From NCBI GenBank assembly GCA_023213395.1, contig CM041465.1, forward strand, positions 165,237,741 through 165,301,740: a DNA stretch of 64,000 nucleotides. Reading direction: 5' to 3'. The position numbers and the translations under genes were made by a program. Of this stretch, positions 22,950 to 35,825 are shown piece after piece. The notes beneath the pieces were generated by a model, which made no database searches, had not been told where the DNA came from, and worked only from the letters and a program-made list of their open reading frames with translations. The stretch comes from Cycas panzhihuaensis (lineage: Eukaryota; Plantae; Cycadophyta). Positions within the stretch are counted from its first letter, which is position 1, and every line of letters begins with the position of its first letter.

Positions 22950-25900
22950 TAACATTGGTGAATCCTAATCTAGTATCCATCTTCATGAATTGATCTTCAG
23001 TGAGTGGCTTGGTGAACACATTCGCAAGTTGTAATTCATTCAGACAATAGTCGACCTGTAGTTTCCCTGACTTGATCTACTCATGAATGTAATGGTGTTG
23101 AATCTCGATATGCTTTGTACACGGATGAAACTATGGATTCTTCAACAGACAAATAGTACTCTGATTATCAATAAAGAGAATCAGATGTCCATTGGAAATG
23201 CAAAGAAATTCCAAAAGACCTTGCAACCATACAACTTCTTTCGTACTAGTACTGAGTCCTTGATATTCTGCTTCTGTAGAAGATAACGCCACTGTTTGCT
23301 ACTTCTTCGACTGCCACGAAACAAATCCATTGCCAATACTAAACAAGTATCTAGCAGTGGACTTCTAATCATCAGAATCTCCTCCCCAATTAGCATCCGT
23401 GTAGCCATGTAACCTGATCTTCTCATCTCTATGGTATTCAAGACCAAAATTGATTGTCCCCTTTAGATATTTCAGAATCTACTTTACTACTACCAAATGA
23501 GGCTCTTGAGGATTTTGCATGTAGTAGGAAACTAATCCAATAACATATGCGATATCTGGCCTAGTATGAGTCAAATAAATGAGACTCCCTACCAACTGGT
23601 GATATTTTGTGCCATCTACAGAAGGTTGGGCCATATCCTTCTACAATCTTATGCCTTTTACATATGGTGTTGCAACAGGTTTACAGTGCTGCATCCCAAA
23701 TCTATCTAGTAAGTTCTTCACATACTGCGATTGTAACAACACGATCCTATCTTCCATCTGCCTGACACGAATGCCCAAGAAATAGTGAAGTTTCCTAAGA
23801 TCCGTCATGTAAAATGAAGCTCCCAAATTAGATTTGACTTTAGCTATAGCATTGCCATGATTACTGCCGATGATTAGATCATCTACATACACCACGCAAG
23901 GAATTACAAAAGTCCCTCTTCTTTTCACATACAAGTTCAGGTCAAGTTCTGAAATTTCAAAACCTTCTACTTTCAACTTGGCATCCATTTTTTCATATCA
24001 AGCACGGGGTACTTGTTTCGGGCCATAGATTGATTTCTTCAGATGGAAAACAAGATGCTCTTAGACATCCTTAATGAATCCTAGAGGCTGTGACATGTAT
24101 ATCTCCTCCTTAAGATCCCCATTAAGGAAAACAGACTTAACATCCATCTGGTATAACTCCCAATCTAATATAGCTACTAAGGAAATGAGTAAGCAGACCA
24201 TTGCCATTCTGGAGACTGGTGTAAACATCTCCTCATAGTCAATTCCTTCTTTCTGCTTAAATCCTTGCATAACAAGTCTGGCCTTGTACTTGTCCACCTC
24301 TCCATCAGAGCGTAACTTTGCCTTATAGACCCACTTGCATCTAATAAGATTCTTTGACAGAGGTAGTGGAACCAAATCCCACGTATCATTCTTCATCAAA
24401 GAACCATATTCTTCCATTGCAGCTCTCTATCTTGGATCTCCTTTCGCTTCAAGAAATGAATCTAGATTATTGGAGTCATTGGTATCTACCAGCAGAGTTT
24501 GACTGGCATGTTGACTTCTAGTTCGTCTATCATCAGTTAGGGTTTGCATGGCCACACCATGATCTTCAAGAGTCTTCCTTGCCCATAAAGGTAAAGAAGG
24601 ATTCATTGCTGGAGGTACTTCTTGTCATAATAACTCCTCACTATTACTCATCCCACTTGGTCCTACTTCCTTAGGTGCTACAATGATTGGCTTATCGTCC
24701 TCTTCACTTGAAGAATCTAGGAATAGGAGAAGGGGAGGGTAAAAGGTTTTCCTGATGCTCTTTCAGCATGATATGTCGATGACTCATCAAATTTAACATC
24801 CTAACTAACCACAATCTTCTCCCCCTATGGATGCCATAGTCTGTAGACTTTGTTCTCTGTGCAATACCCCATGAATATGCACTTCAAACTCTTTTGATCC
24901 AACTTCTTGTGGGTATCATCAAGGGTGTGGGCGTACATAATACACCAAAATGTTCTCAAATGGCTAATGGTAGGCTTTCGACTGGTCCATTTTTTTTCGA
25001 GGGTTATGCTATGAGCTACCTAAGTGGGTACTCTATTTAAAATATAAATGGCAGTCGCCATAGATTCTACCCAAAACTTTGGTAGTAGGTTTTTAGCATG
25101 CACCATATACCTCGCCATCTCCATCATGGTACGATTCTTTCTTTCAGTAACTCCATTCTGTTGTGGGGTATATAGGACTGTAAACTCTATCTTTATACCA
25201 TGGTTGTGACAGAACTGATTGAACGCATGATTGTATTCCTTGCCATTATCACTTTGTAAAGATTTTATTTTCTTATCACTTTCATTTTCAACCATCACTT
25301 TCCAATCACAAAAACAATCAAATACGTCTGACCTGTTCTTGAGAAAATAAACCCAGGCTTTCCTAGTGTAATCATCCACAAATACAAGTGCATATTGGGC
25401 TCTTGATATCAAAGGATTTGGGAGTGGTCCCATAATATCTGAGTGCACAAGCTCCAGCTTCTCTTTGGCTCTCTAGGCATTATCCCGAGCAAAAGGATAG
25501 CGATGGTGCTTGCCATACATATACCCTTCACATACACGGTTTGAGCAGGAAACTGATGGTAGTCCTTCTACCATCTTCAACCTCTTCAGTAGTGCAATAC
25601 TCCTATAATTAAGATGCCCAAGGTGATTGTGCTACATTTTACTTTCATTATCTGCACTGGCAATAAAGGCATAGGACTTCTTTTGAGATTGAAATTTCTC
25701 AAACACCCAGAAGTTGTCCTTGACTTTCCCGGTAGCTACGACAGTAAAGTTTTGTTTTGGGTCCTTTATCATGCACTTATCATTATAGAGCTCCATTTTC
25801 ATACCTTGTTTGCAGATCTCCTGAGCAGACAAAAGGTTCAACTACACCTTAGGTACATAATATACCCCAGAAAACTTGCCTCGTGCAATGGAAACTTCAC

Positions 25901-26894
25901 CGATACCATCTACCGACAACATGCGAGCATCTCCAAGAATGATCTTAGTACCACTTTGATTTGCTTTCAATGTATCAAAGTTCTACTTCTGGTAAGAGAT
26001 ATGCTTCTGTGCTATAGAATCCAATACCCAATAGTCTCTCTAATCTGTTTTGGCTGATAAGGTCTATGCTCAGATGTAATGAGTAGCAACACTCTTTCCT
26101 TTATCATCTTGGTTACCTTTGTGTTTGTCATGATATTTGAACCAATAATTCTTTTCATGGTGACCATCCTTCTTATAGTAATTGCACTTTTCATTAAACT
26201 TCTTCTTGTCTTGAGAGCTTTCTCCAGACCACTGTGTGATCTTCTCCTCCTTAGGGGCCTCATTCCTCTGAGTTTTCATGGCTAAGGCCTGACTTGAACT
26301 AGAACCTCTAAGCAATCCATGATGTTTAAGCTTGGTATCCTCTGCTAGAATTAGGTTTTTGAACCCATCAAAAGTTTCTACCTCCATCACTTCGTCTTTA
26401 CCATAAATGGTCTGGAATGTGGCAAACATAGCTGACATCTTCGACATGATTATCGCAAATAAGAGTGCATCATCGATTGAGATCTGCTTTAACTCTTCTA
26501 GCTTATTCTTCAAGTCGATTATTTTATTCAGGTAGGAGTTTATATTGTTATCATCTTCAAGTTTTGAATTGAGTAGTTCCAACATTAGAGCAAGATATCT
26601 ATTCGTCTTTTTCTTCTCAAAGGTATCACACAACTTCATCCAAATCTCAACTAGATCATCCAGATTATGAACTAGAGCCATCTGGTTCAATGCCAATGAG
26701 AGTTTCAGTAATCGAACGACCATATATTACTTCTTTTCAAGTTTAATATGCTCCTTATGGTTAAGTGGGACTAAAACAAGCTTCACCTTGGTGATTCCCC
26801 AGAGTTGGTTCACCATCAAAATAAGCTCTATATTAGCCTTCCATTTGCTGAAATTATTACTGTTAAAGATAACCTTAGGCATGAGCTTCTCCAT
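22950..26894 (-). pseudogene. gag-PR-INT-RT-RH of Copia D
   Basis: ORF track: FNSNNFSKWKANIE, CNYYKKDGHHEK, HSDIMGP..FVDDYTRKAWVY, KYKARLV..YQMDVKSVFLNG, VYVDDLIIG. Confidence 0.95.
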
Positions 26895-28548
26895 CTCAAA
26901 CGATAGGCTATAATATGAATCACATGACCCCAAACAAATGTATTAAGGATGAAAATGTACCCTTGTGTTCTCCTCTGCCTCACGAGCATGCTTCCAAAGG
27001 GACCCAACATGGATTATACCCATGTTAAGTGAGCCACCCACTATTTATCTCCTTTTATCCGTCAATAAATGACCTTAAATGGCCATTTAAATGTCACAAC
27101 TGACACTCAAAATAGCTAAAAATATGTGCTCCAGTATAAAGATGACTCCACACTATGATGGTGCACAGTCTCCAAGTAAAGAAAAAATATTAAAAATGCC
27201 TCGATTCACACTCAAAATGGCTCAAGGATGCTTCGAATATTAACCAAGTTCTTCATACTATACAAAACTTCATATATCAATGAAACAAAGAGTCACTTTT
27301 ATATTTTTACTTTGAGGGGAATATGCTAAAAGGTATATTCCCAATAAGTGCGACTTTTCAAAAGGGAACATCCTTTTATCACTTAACCCATGTGACTTTT
27401 GATTATTTCAAAATTATACTAAGCTTAAAACTTAGTGAAATCTCAAAAATGTATCCTTATCTATCTCCATACTCCTTAGAGATCAATGACAACTGTAAAT
27501 GAAACTTGGGCATCCCACGGACCTGTTGTCTCCTTCCGAATGGATGGCTTCACACCAGCGTCCCACGGGTTTGCACATGGACTATCAACAACTAGCCAAC
27601 AAATGAACAAAGTCGCAGCTCAGTCACGAGGAGGAACAATAAGGACATATAAACAAGTAACGTAGTTACTCCAAAAGCCACACAATACATAAGAAATGTA
27701 CCCAGCTGGTATATTGAGGGATCCAAACTACTTCTATATAGTCCATACTAACTTTAGAATGTGCAACCAGCAAAGAAAGACTCCCAACAGTTATTAACAA
27801 AGTTGACTGGTTGCCAAAACTGCCCAGCCATCATAATCCACACTTCAGCTTTGTATTTCATAGCTGTAGAGTGCCTTACAACTGTACACAAATCTCCACA
27901 TTGCTCACAAATAGCCCAACAATCGCACAACACAAAGACGTGGGCTCAATAGTATGTATTCAATGTGGATATAGGGTCACTTGCCTAGAGAAGGAGGTAT
28001 TTAAACTCAAAAGACAGTGTAAGCCTTTATACTACTGTGTACTTCTCTTAATCTCAGTATAGAGGACTTAAAACTATCCTAAAAGACTCCAATCTCTTCC
28101 TTATACAAATTAATGAAGGCAACATAAGAAGAAGCTTTATTTTTATTGAGTTTTATAGTGCTTTAAGTGGGAATACCCTAGACTTACTTGTATGGAAAGA
28201 GAGCTATCTTTAATGTCATCGAATTACCATTAGTATGGGTTTTGCATGCTCAAATCACTTCAACAGATCATTAATCATCTTCAGATAACCGCAAACAGGC
28301 TAACTCTAACCTCCAACATGGTCTTCATACCTGAATACTGACTCCAATAACCCTTACACTCTGTCAAATAGTGATCTCCACTCCTCTAATAACCATTGAT
28401 TTTTTTGTGCCCACTTCTGCACGATGCTAGGGTTGATGGGCCCTCAAGACTCGTCTTGGTTTAGACGACGTCACTCGGTAACCAATGATTCCACTGCCCC
28501 GCTCACTGTCAAGCTTCAGTTGTGTAGGACCCTACTAGTCTGATACCA

Positions 28549-28908
28549 TGTTCGAGAATAAGAAATCATACACAAATGTTCCCATACATAGGGTCTTTAA
28601 CCATACACAACAAACAACAAATGGAGAATATAGAAAACAGATACACAATACACATGTATTTATGTGGGAAACCCTTTCGGGAAAAAATCCACCACAAAGA
28701 GGATCCTTGATGGATCACTTGATTATTACACAATGAACTTGGATATGAATATACAAGGTCTCAAGGCTTTTATACTCTCCAAGAGGTGTCACCCAATTAG
28801 GGTTGTGACCCTTTGAATAAATCGCACCTTTTGGCTTCACACTCTTTCACTTAATTAAACCACATTAACATTAATTAAGTGCCTTAATAATTAACTGCCA
28901 CGTTAACA
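28549..28908 (-). repeat. 5' LTR of Copia D
   Basis: TGTTCGAG...GTTAACA, adjacent to the PBS. Confidence 0.95.
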
Positions 28909-30079
28909 GTTGGTAATCAGGTGGTTTTTTTGGTATTTATATTTTTTAATATTTTTGATTAATGTTAAAAAGATTTTATAATTAATGGATTTATTTTAAT
29001 ATTTTAAGTAGAAAAAATAGAAAAAAAGCCTACAAAAAACTAAAAAATTACTTAAAATAGAATTAGAAAAGACCTAAAAAATCTTTAAAAAATAATTAAA
29101 AATTAACTTTAGGTTATGGAATTTATATCAAAATAGAATATTCTATGAATATACTAAAATTATATAACTTAAAGTTTTTCACACTTTATAAAAATCAAAT
29201 TGGGTGATAAGAAATTGAAAAAACAATAACATGGAGTGGATATAAGAGGTAAAATCTCTTTGCAAAAGTAATGAAATCCCAATTTATCTTCTCCACTATA
29301 AAGATAACTATACTAGGGTTAGTTTAAGTGGTCATATGTCATACTTTTGTCCATCCAACTATGTGTAAGAGTCTGATGAAACTAATATAATTATCTTAAT
29401 CCTCAGTTTACTGTAAACTTGATGAAATTAGAGCAAAAAATATCATTTGGTCTTCTATAATCATATTTGAATTATTGTTAATCTCTATTGAGGAGAAACC
29501 TAAAGAAATTAGATTAAAACCATCATAAAAAAACCATCTTCTAGAGAATATTAAGCCATGCAAGGTCATGTAGGGACTCAGAAGGTTGAAATATCAATAT
29601 ATATATGTAAAGGGGCTAACCAAGCAACATAGAGATTACATCAAGATCAAAAGAGGCCATGCAGGCCACAAATGGTGAATGTAGGGAAGTCAAGAGCTAA
29701 TGGAGGCCCACGCAAGCTAGTAAAGCCATGGACATACCACACAACATAGATGAGAGATGGGAATATAGTGATAAAGATGGTCTCATAGAGGACGTAGAGT
29801 GATGAGCTAAAAGCATTTAATAGAAGCCACCGAGAACCATGTAGAGGCATGTAAGGATGCAAACAGTTAGAAGAAAGCTACACAAGGCAAAAAGAAGATC
29901 ACATAGTAGTTAAAACATATCACATAGAGATAAACAAGGCTAAATAGAGGTCACCCAACTAAATATGAATTAATATGGCTCAACAATAGATTATAAATAG
30001 ATTTTGAATGCAACACTATAATACTATATTGAAACCATTCAATAATCATCTATTTAATAACCATGGAAATCTTTTTATA

Positions 30080-30086
30080 ACACACA

Positions 30087-30161
<75 letters not shown>

Positions 30162-30170
30162 ACACACACA
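30080..30170. repeat. (CA)n microsatellite in the leader of B
   Basis: Direct reading, ~90 nt with two CATA interruptions. Confidence 0.97.
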
Positions 30171-30399
30171 AAGATGAGATCTTTAAGAGAGTAACCAATA
30201 GATAGTATAATGAGGCTATGAAGCATAAATATAGCCAATAAATGAAGCTATAGAGACTTTGATTTGATTAATAAATCAAATGAAATAACTATATGCCATT
30301 TTGATATAATACAACTATTAGTGGGAGCTATACCATAGAGAAAAACTTAGCAAGAAGTTGGCTGGAATCTGATTAATAAACATGGCAGATCTGATACTA

Positions 30400-30864
30400 A
30401 GTTAAAGAGGATGAAGGTTTACCTAGTTTCAACTGAAGTTCAAGACTCAAAACATCCACTAAAACATTTACCAAACATAAAATATAAGCACAATAATTAA
30501 TCACAATTGCTCTAAAGTATATTTCATTCATTAACTAATATAAAAAAATCTAGTACATGATATAATAAAGAGATTATATGAAAGCTTTATACATGAAATA
30601 AAAGAGGTTGTTACAAAGTATAATGAGAATACTAACAAAGGATCATACAAGGTGATAATTGGTACCTTGTATGATTAAACTAAATTATGATATTTATATA
30701 TGAGGACAAAATCAACCCCACATAACTAAGTTCATAACATTAAGTTGTGATTAAACCCATTGACATAAATAAAGCCCTCTATATAAAGTATATATAACCA
30801 TTACATTAATGATATAAATGATCTATTGATAAATTAATGAAATACATCATTAATTCTTCTATCA
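30400..30864 (-). repeat. 5' LTR of Copia B
   Basis: Homologous to 7496-7913; adjacent reverse-complement PBS. Confidence 0.88.
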
Positions 30865-32940
30865 TCCATATCTTATCATCATTTAAACAACTCTTAATTG
30901 ATAGATTTTAGTGTTACTTATGATATGGTTGGGACTGAAGAACTATTAAAAGATGCCAAACCTATTTAGGCACATATAATTATATTTGGTGATGATATTA
31001 CATATAATGTGACCAATATTAGGAAAGCTCCTATAGCTTTAAAAAATTTAAATATTAGTCATCATATCATTAATGTCCTATACGTACTTGGTATGAAATA
31101 TATCCTGCTCTCTGTGAGTCAGATTGATATGCAAAATTTTGATGTACTCTTCAACTAGGATGTTTGCACTATTTTAGATCACTCAAGTAGTTAAGTAGTA
31201 ACTAAACATGAGGATAATGGTCTTTACAAGATTGATAGTGTATTATTTTTCTCTGCATAGAATCAAAACTCAAGTTCCACTATCTTATTTAGATAAAGGA
31301 AAGCATATTGTTATAGATGACCCACCTCTTAAAATGTGGGCTAAATCTTCTCACATTAAGAAACGAAGGTGTACCAAGGATTAATTATGATATGAATACC
31401 TTGGTCATCTAAATATGCAAAGTTTTAATCTCATGTTTAGAATTCAAATGATATATGGACTACCCAAAATCAAATAAAAGAAATATTTTTATAAATCCTG
31501 CATAGTTGGTAAGTAACACAGGAAACCATTTTAATGCAAGCAAGCTTAACATTTAACTGAACCATTGGGCTTAGTTCACTTAAACATTTATGGATCTATG
31601 TCTAAGTCTTCACTTAATGGTAGTTTGTATTTTATTACTTTCATTGATGATTATTCTCGAAAAGTTTGGTTCTATTTTCTAAAGAATAAGTTTGAAACCT
31701 TTGAGGAATTAAAGGAATTCAAAGATGAAGTTAAAAATGAATCTTGTATGATAATCAATATACTATGTACAGATAATGGAGGTGAGTATATATCAAATTA
31801 GTTCACTAATTTTTATAAAATAATATGACATTAAACGTTAATTCTTAACTCCTTATACTCCTTATTAAAATGGTATTATATAATGTATGGATCAAACATT
31901 AGTGAATAAGGCAAAAGTAATCATAAATACTATAAATATTATTGACTTATTTTAGGTTGAAGCTATTTATACTATTACTTACCTTATAAATAGGAGTTTG
32001 ACTTTAGTCATTAGAAACATGGCACTCAAGGAAGCTTGGTTAGGACAAAAGCCTACAATCTTACACCTTAGAATATTTGGTTCTATGGCCTATATGCATA
32101 TTACAAAAGAAAATAGAAAAAAACTTGATGATAAAAGCTTGAAGTGTATCTTCCTAGGCTACATACCCTATTGTAAAACATACATGGTGTATGATCTTAT
32201 TAGAAGACAAGCATATTCATCTCAGGATGTTACATTTATAGAAGATAGTCAAGAATTAGATTAATCTTAGATATAGTTTTTGATAGATGATGATATGATT
32301 ATATTTCAAAAGTCCCTCCTACACCAATATAGGTCACTTTTGCTCTTTCAACATTGTATACTCTAAGTTCTTCATTTGCTCCTCTTGAATATCCATCTAC
32401 TTCTACATCGACATCTATATTGCCATCTTTATCTCTAGAAGATGAACAAATTGAAAGCATTAAGAAACTTCCTAAGTGGTACTTATAAGTTATGGCATAT
32501 GCATTGTCACCACTTACATAATAAAAAAGGCAATCCAAATTAAGGTATACTACAAACTTTGCTCTAATTGCCTAAGTTCTCAATGCTCCTAAGTATTCCA
32601 CCTTTGAGGAGGTAGTCAAAAACTACATGTGGTAAGCTGCTATGGATGAAGAGATGAATTCCATCATGAAAATGATACTTAGGAGCTCACTAAATTATCT
32701 TCAAGAAAGAATCCAATTGATTATTATTAGCTTTATGAAATAAAGATGCTAATTACAAGAACAAAACACATAGAGATCTATCATCATTTCAATTATGAAC
32801 ATGTGCAAGATAGAGAAGTTAATCTTATGTACAGACTAATTAAAGACTAGGTTATAGATATCTTCACCAAAGTACTTAGAAAACCAAAGTTTGAAAGGTT
32901 TTGACATGATCTTAGTGTCAAAAGTAATGAAGTTGTCATT
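30865..32940 (+). pseudogene. PR-INT, RT start and RNase H end of Copia A
   Basis: *LIDFSVTYDMVG (PR); GLVHLNIYG..FITFIDDYSRKVW (INT); jump at ~32745 from the RT N-terminus to TRTKHIEIYHHF and DIFTKVL (RH end). Confidence 0.88.
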
Positions 32941-32949
32941 AATGGAGGA

Positions 32950-33464
32950 TGTTAAAATATACTGACTCCTTCATATACTCTTGTGTAAAATTAGTCACTA
33001 TAATTAGACAAAGTGTAATTGTAACTTAAGTTGACTTAATGTTATACTTCTTAGTTGAAGGTTATCACCCCACTTTAGCCTCATAACTATCCAATGAGAT
33101 TTATGTAATATGAGGCCTAATGAAGTGTGAGTATATGAGGTCCAATCCATACTCATAATATTGTAATGTGATAGGCATTGAGCCCTCTATAAATTAAGGA
33201 CATGTCTACACTCATCTAGTTCTCAAAAAGAGACAAGGTTTTATATTTAGTGAGAGTCAAAACTTTACCAAACTTTTGTATCAGTCGCTAATTAATTTGA
33301 TCTATTACTATTTTAGGTTAGAGCCAATTTATAATCCTCCATTATATATTGTGTTCATTTGAATGTGTTCATAATGTATTTGATGAATTTATGTTTGTTG
33401 GATATAGAGAATAAAGATCCTAATGTTTGTTTTCCAGGTGTTAGATTAATTCTAATTTCTATCA
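32950..33464 (+). repeat. 3' LTR of Copia A
   Basis: TGTTAAAATAT...CTATCA followed by TSD TGAAT. Confidence 0.93.
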
Positions 33465-35825
33465 TGAATTATAGTAAGTCTTACACTTAGCCTTTTTTTG
33501 GTGTTTTAATTCCTCATACTATAATTTTGTTAGAATGAATATATAGATAATTATTCATTTAACCTCTTTTAGAAAATGATTTTCTACTCTTTTATTAGAC
33601 TTAATCTCATGATCTTGGCTTAATGCAATTAGATTAATAAGATTTAACGCCTAAAAGTTCTCCTTGTTAAATAAGAGTTTGTTGCTTTTCCTTGCACTAT
33701 CCATCTTTGTAATATACTTTACCTACATTCCTATAACTTATCAAAACCCTTACATTAGTCCTCTTCAGAGGACCTCCTTTCTATACACTTGTAACCATAT
33801 GAATATATAGATTTATGTATTATATCATAGAGATTTCCCATCAATTATCTCCATAAGTTTACATGCTCAGACTTTACATACTAATCAAAATATCTATATC
33901 AAAAGGAGTAATCTTATGGGATAATAGTAAGATTATAGAAGAAGTTAAGATTAAGTCATAATTGGTAGAATAAATTTATCATTAGGGAGAAGTATTATAA
34001 TACCCATCGATGTGTCCTCTAGAGCATGATTTTATTATAAAGGTGACATGTTATTTCTATTATTATATATCTCTATATTACTATCTTGATTAACTTTTTA
34101 TTGTTTATGTTTTATAAGTTAGGTAGTGGTATGTATGTTTACATGTAAGTCCTTTTGATTTATTTCTATCATGAAGGTGTGAGGAACTACATAAATCCAC
34201 AATTATATATTAAAAGATCCTACTATCTTGGTGTTGAACATCACCATATTATTGGAATATTATCGTTATAAGCTAATATTTTAATTATGTGCATTTGCAT
34301 ATATATTTTTAGTTTTTCTACAATGCTGTTAGAGCTTATAGTACCCATTTTTTTATGGTGAGATAGTTTCTAAGATGTTTTATAAGCTAGATTGTTAAGT
34401 ATTGTAGATATGGAGAAGGCCAAGGTGGCAAACTTTACAAAGGAGTTTGCCCAATGTTAGTCACTTAATTATTTTTTAAACTTAATAAAATGTTTATTAT
34501 TGGTAAGAAAAATTAGCTTGGCTTATGAGTCTAGTATTTTGATGGGAAAATTAATTACTTTTCTTATGGGTTTTCTTAATACTACATTAATATTTATTTT
34601 GATCATGTTACAACATTTTAAAAGTGCTTAGGAGTGATTTTGTAGTAAAACATTTGAATTTCATTTCAAATATAGGAGGGGGTGTCCAAAAGCCTAACTA
34701 GTACCCCCCCTTAAATATTGTTATTTTTTCTATATATAGATATTTATGCTTGTATCCAAATTATGGGTAGGCTTCTACAACCCCTCTGACCTTTGTGATG
34801 TATTTTATAGTGAAAATAGTCATATTTTGGGCATTGTTTTGAATTAAAGAGGGTAAAGTGGAAATGTTGAAGAAAACCCATACAATGCTCTCATTTTGAA
34901 AAAAATAATTCATTTTTCTACTTTAGCCTATTATTAGGATGTTGCTAAGAGCTGTAGGCATCAAATTCAATCTCTTATAATATCCAGTTTGCTTCAAAGC
35001 TAAGGAAAATCTACCTTATATGTATATTAGACAATGTTAATGACATTATGTAGGCTACATTCAAATTTTTCATACATATCTTTATTTTTTCTAATTGTAT
35101 GATTCGACAAAATAGTTTTTAATGATCATTTGAGATCCACCCCTAAGTGGGTTAAGCCTACAACTTTTATTTCATTTCCATATGACCCAGTTTTAAGCTA
35201 AAAAGGGGCTAAGGACCAATTTTCATTACTTTGGGCTCTTTTTTAGACTATTTTTGTCTAATTGCAATAACAAAAGTAACATAACTTTTAATTTGTCCTT
35301 AAAACATAAATTTATTGATATTTTTATTATTTTTTAATTAAGCCCATAATGCAAATTCTAAGCACATGTCCTTAACACCCTATGTGGTGGCCTTACTTGT
35401 CAATTTTATTAACATACAAATACTTCTTACCATAACTCACAAGTAATAAAAGCATTATGCTAGATAAAGGTCTTTTGTTTAGACCATTTATCATTCTCAA
35501 CAATTTAGAGGAGAGTTTTTTAATGAGGTATGGTCTATAAATTGGCATCAAGTCACTATGTACTTTGTAAAATTTCTCTTGCACCCTTCCTTTTTCCTTT
35601 TTATAATTTATATAATTTTGTTTATTGTAAAATATTGTCTTATTTTCGTATTTTTATAAAATTAAGTTATATTTTGGAAAAATCTATTATAAAATTATGT
35701 AAAAGTCTTTTTTTTAGTGGGGGATTTTAGGGGGGGGTGTGTATTTTACTTGATTACTTAATATTTTTTAGGTAATTGGGTAAGTTTATATTATGTTTAC
35801 AACATCCTTTTATTGAACATTTCAT

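Larger units (their letters stand above)
22477..28908 (-). mobile_element. Ty1/Copia element D, inserted in the leader of B
   Basis: 360-bp LTRs 22477-22836 and 28549-28908; TSD GCTGG 22472-22476 / GTTGG 28909-28913; reverse-complement PBS GTCTGATACCA 28538-28548; reverse-complement PPT TCCCCCTTT 22837-22845. Confidence 0.95.
7496..30864 (-). mobile_element. Ty1/Copia element B, inserted between gag and PR of A
   Basis: LTRs ~7496-7913 and ~30400-30864, sharing the end ...CATTAATTCTTCT(G/A)TCA; reverse-complement PPT at 7914-7922; reverse-complement PBS GATCTGATACTA ~30388-30399; TSD not recoverable and left boundary approximate. Confidence 0.88.
4607..33464 (+). mobile_element. Ty1/Copia element A (outer host of B, C and D); RT largely deleted
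   Basis: LTRs 4607-5123 and 32950-33464; TSD TGAAT at 4602-4606 and 33465-33469; PBS TGGTATCAGA ~5126; PPT ~32941-32949; gag from 6480; PR-INT resumes at 30865. Confidence 0.93.

Noticed and set aside
25614-26285. Plus-strand hydrophobic ORFs (also 44787-45173 and 47952-48344)
   Set aside because: Antisense shadows of gag/pol frames
27761-28062. Cys-rich ORFs in the leader of D (IVCIQCGYRV; minus-strand GQFWQPVNFVN)
   Set aside because: Only fleeting resemblance to RPB12 or Mpv17 motifs; no sustained alignment
30008-30238. His/Thr- and Cys/Val-repeat ORFs
   Set aside because: Translations of the (CA)n microsatellite
34660-35750. Possible DNA-transposon remnant bounded by G/C runs
   Set aside because: No convincing TIR pair, TSD or transposase motif found by eye
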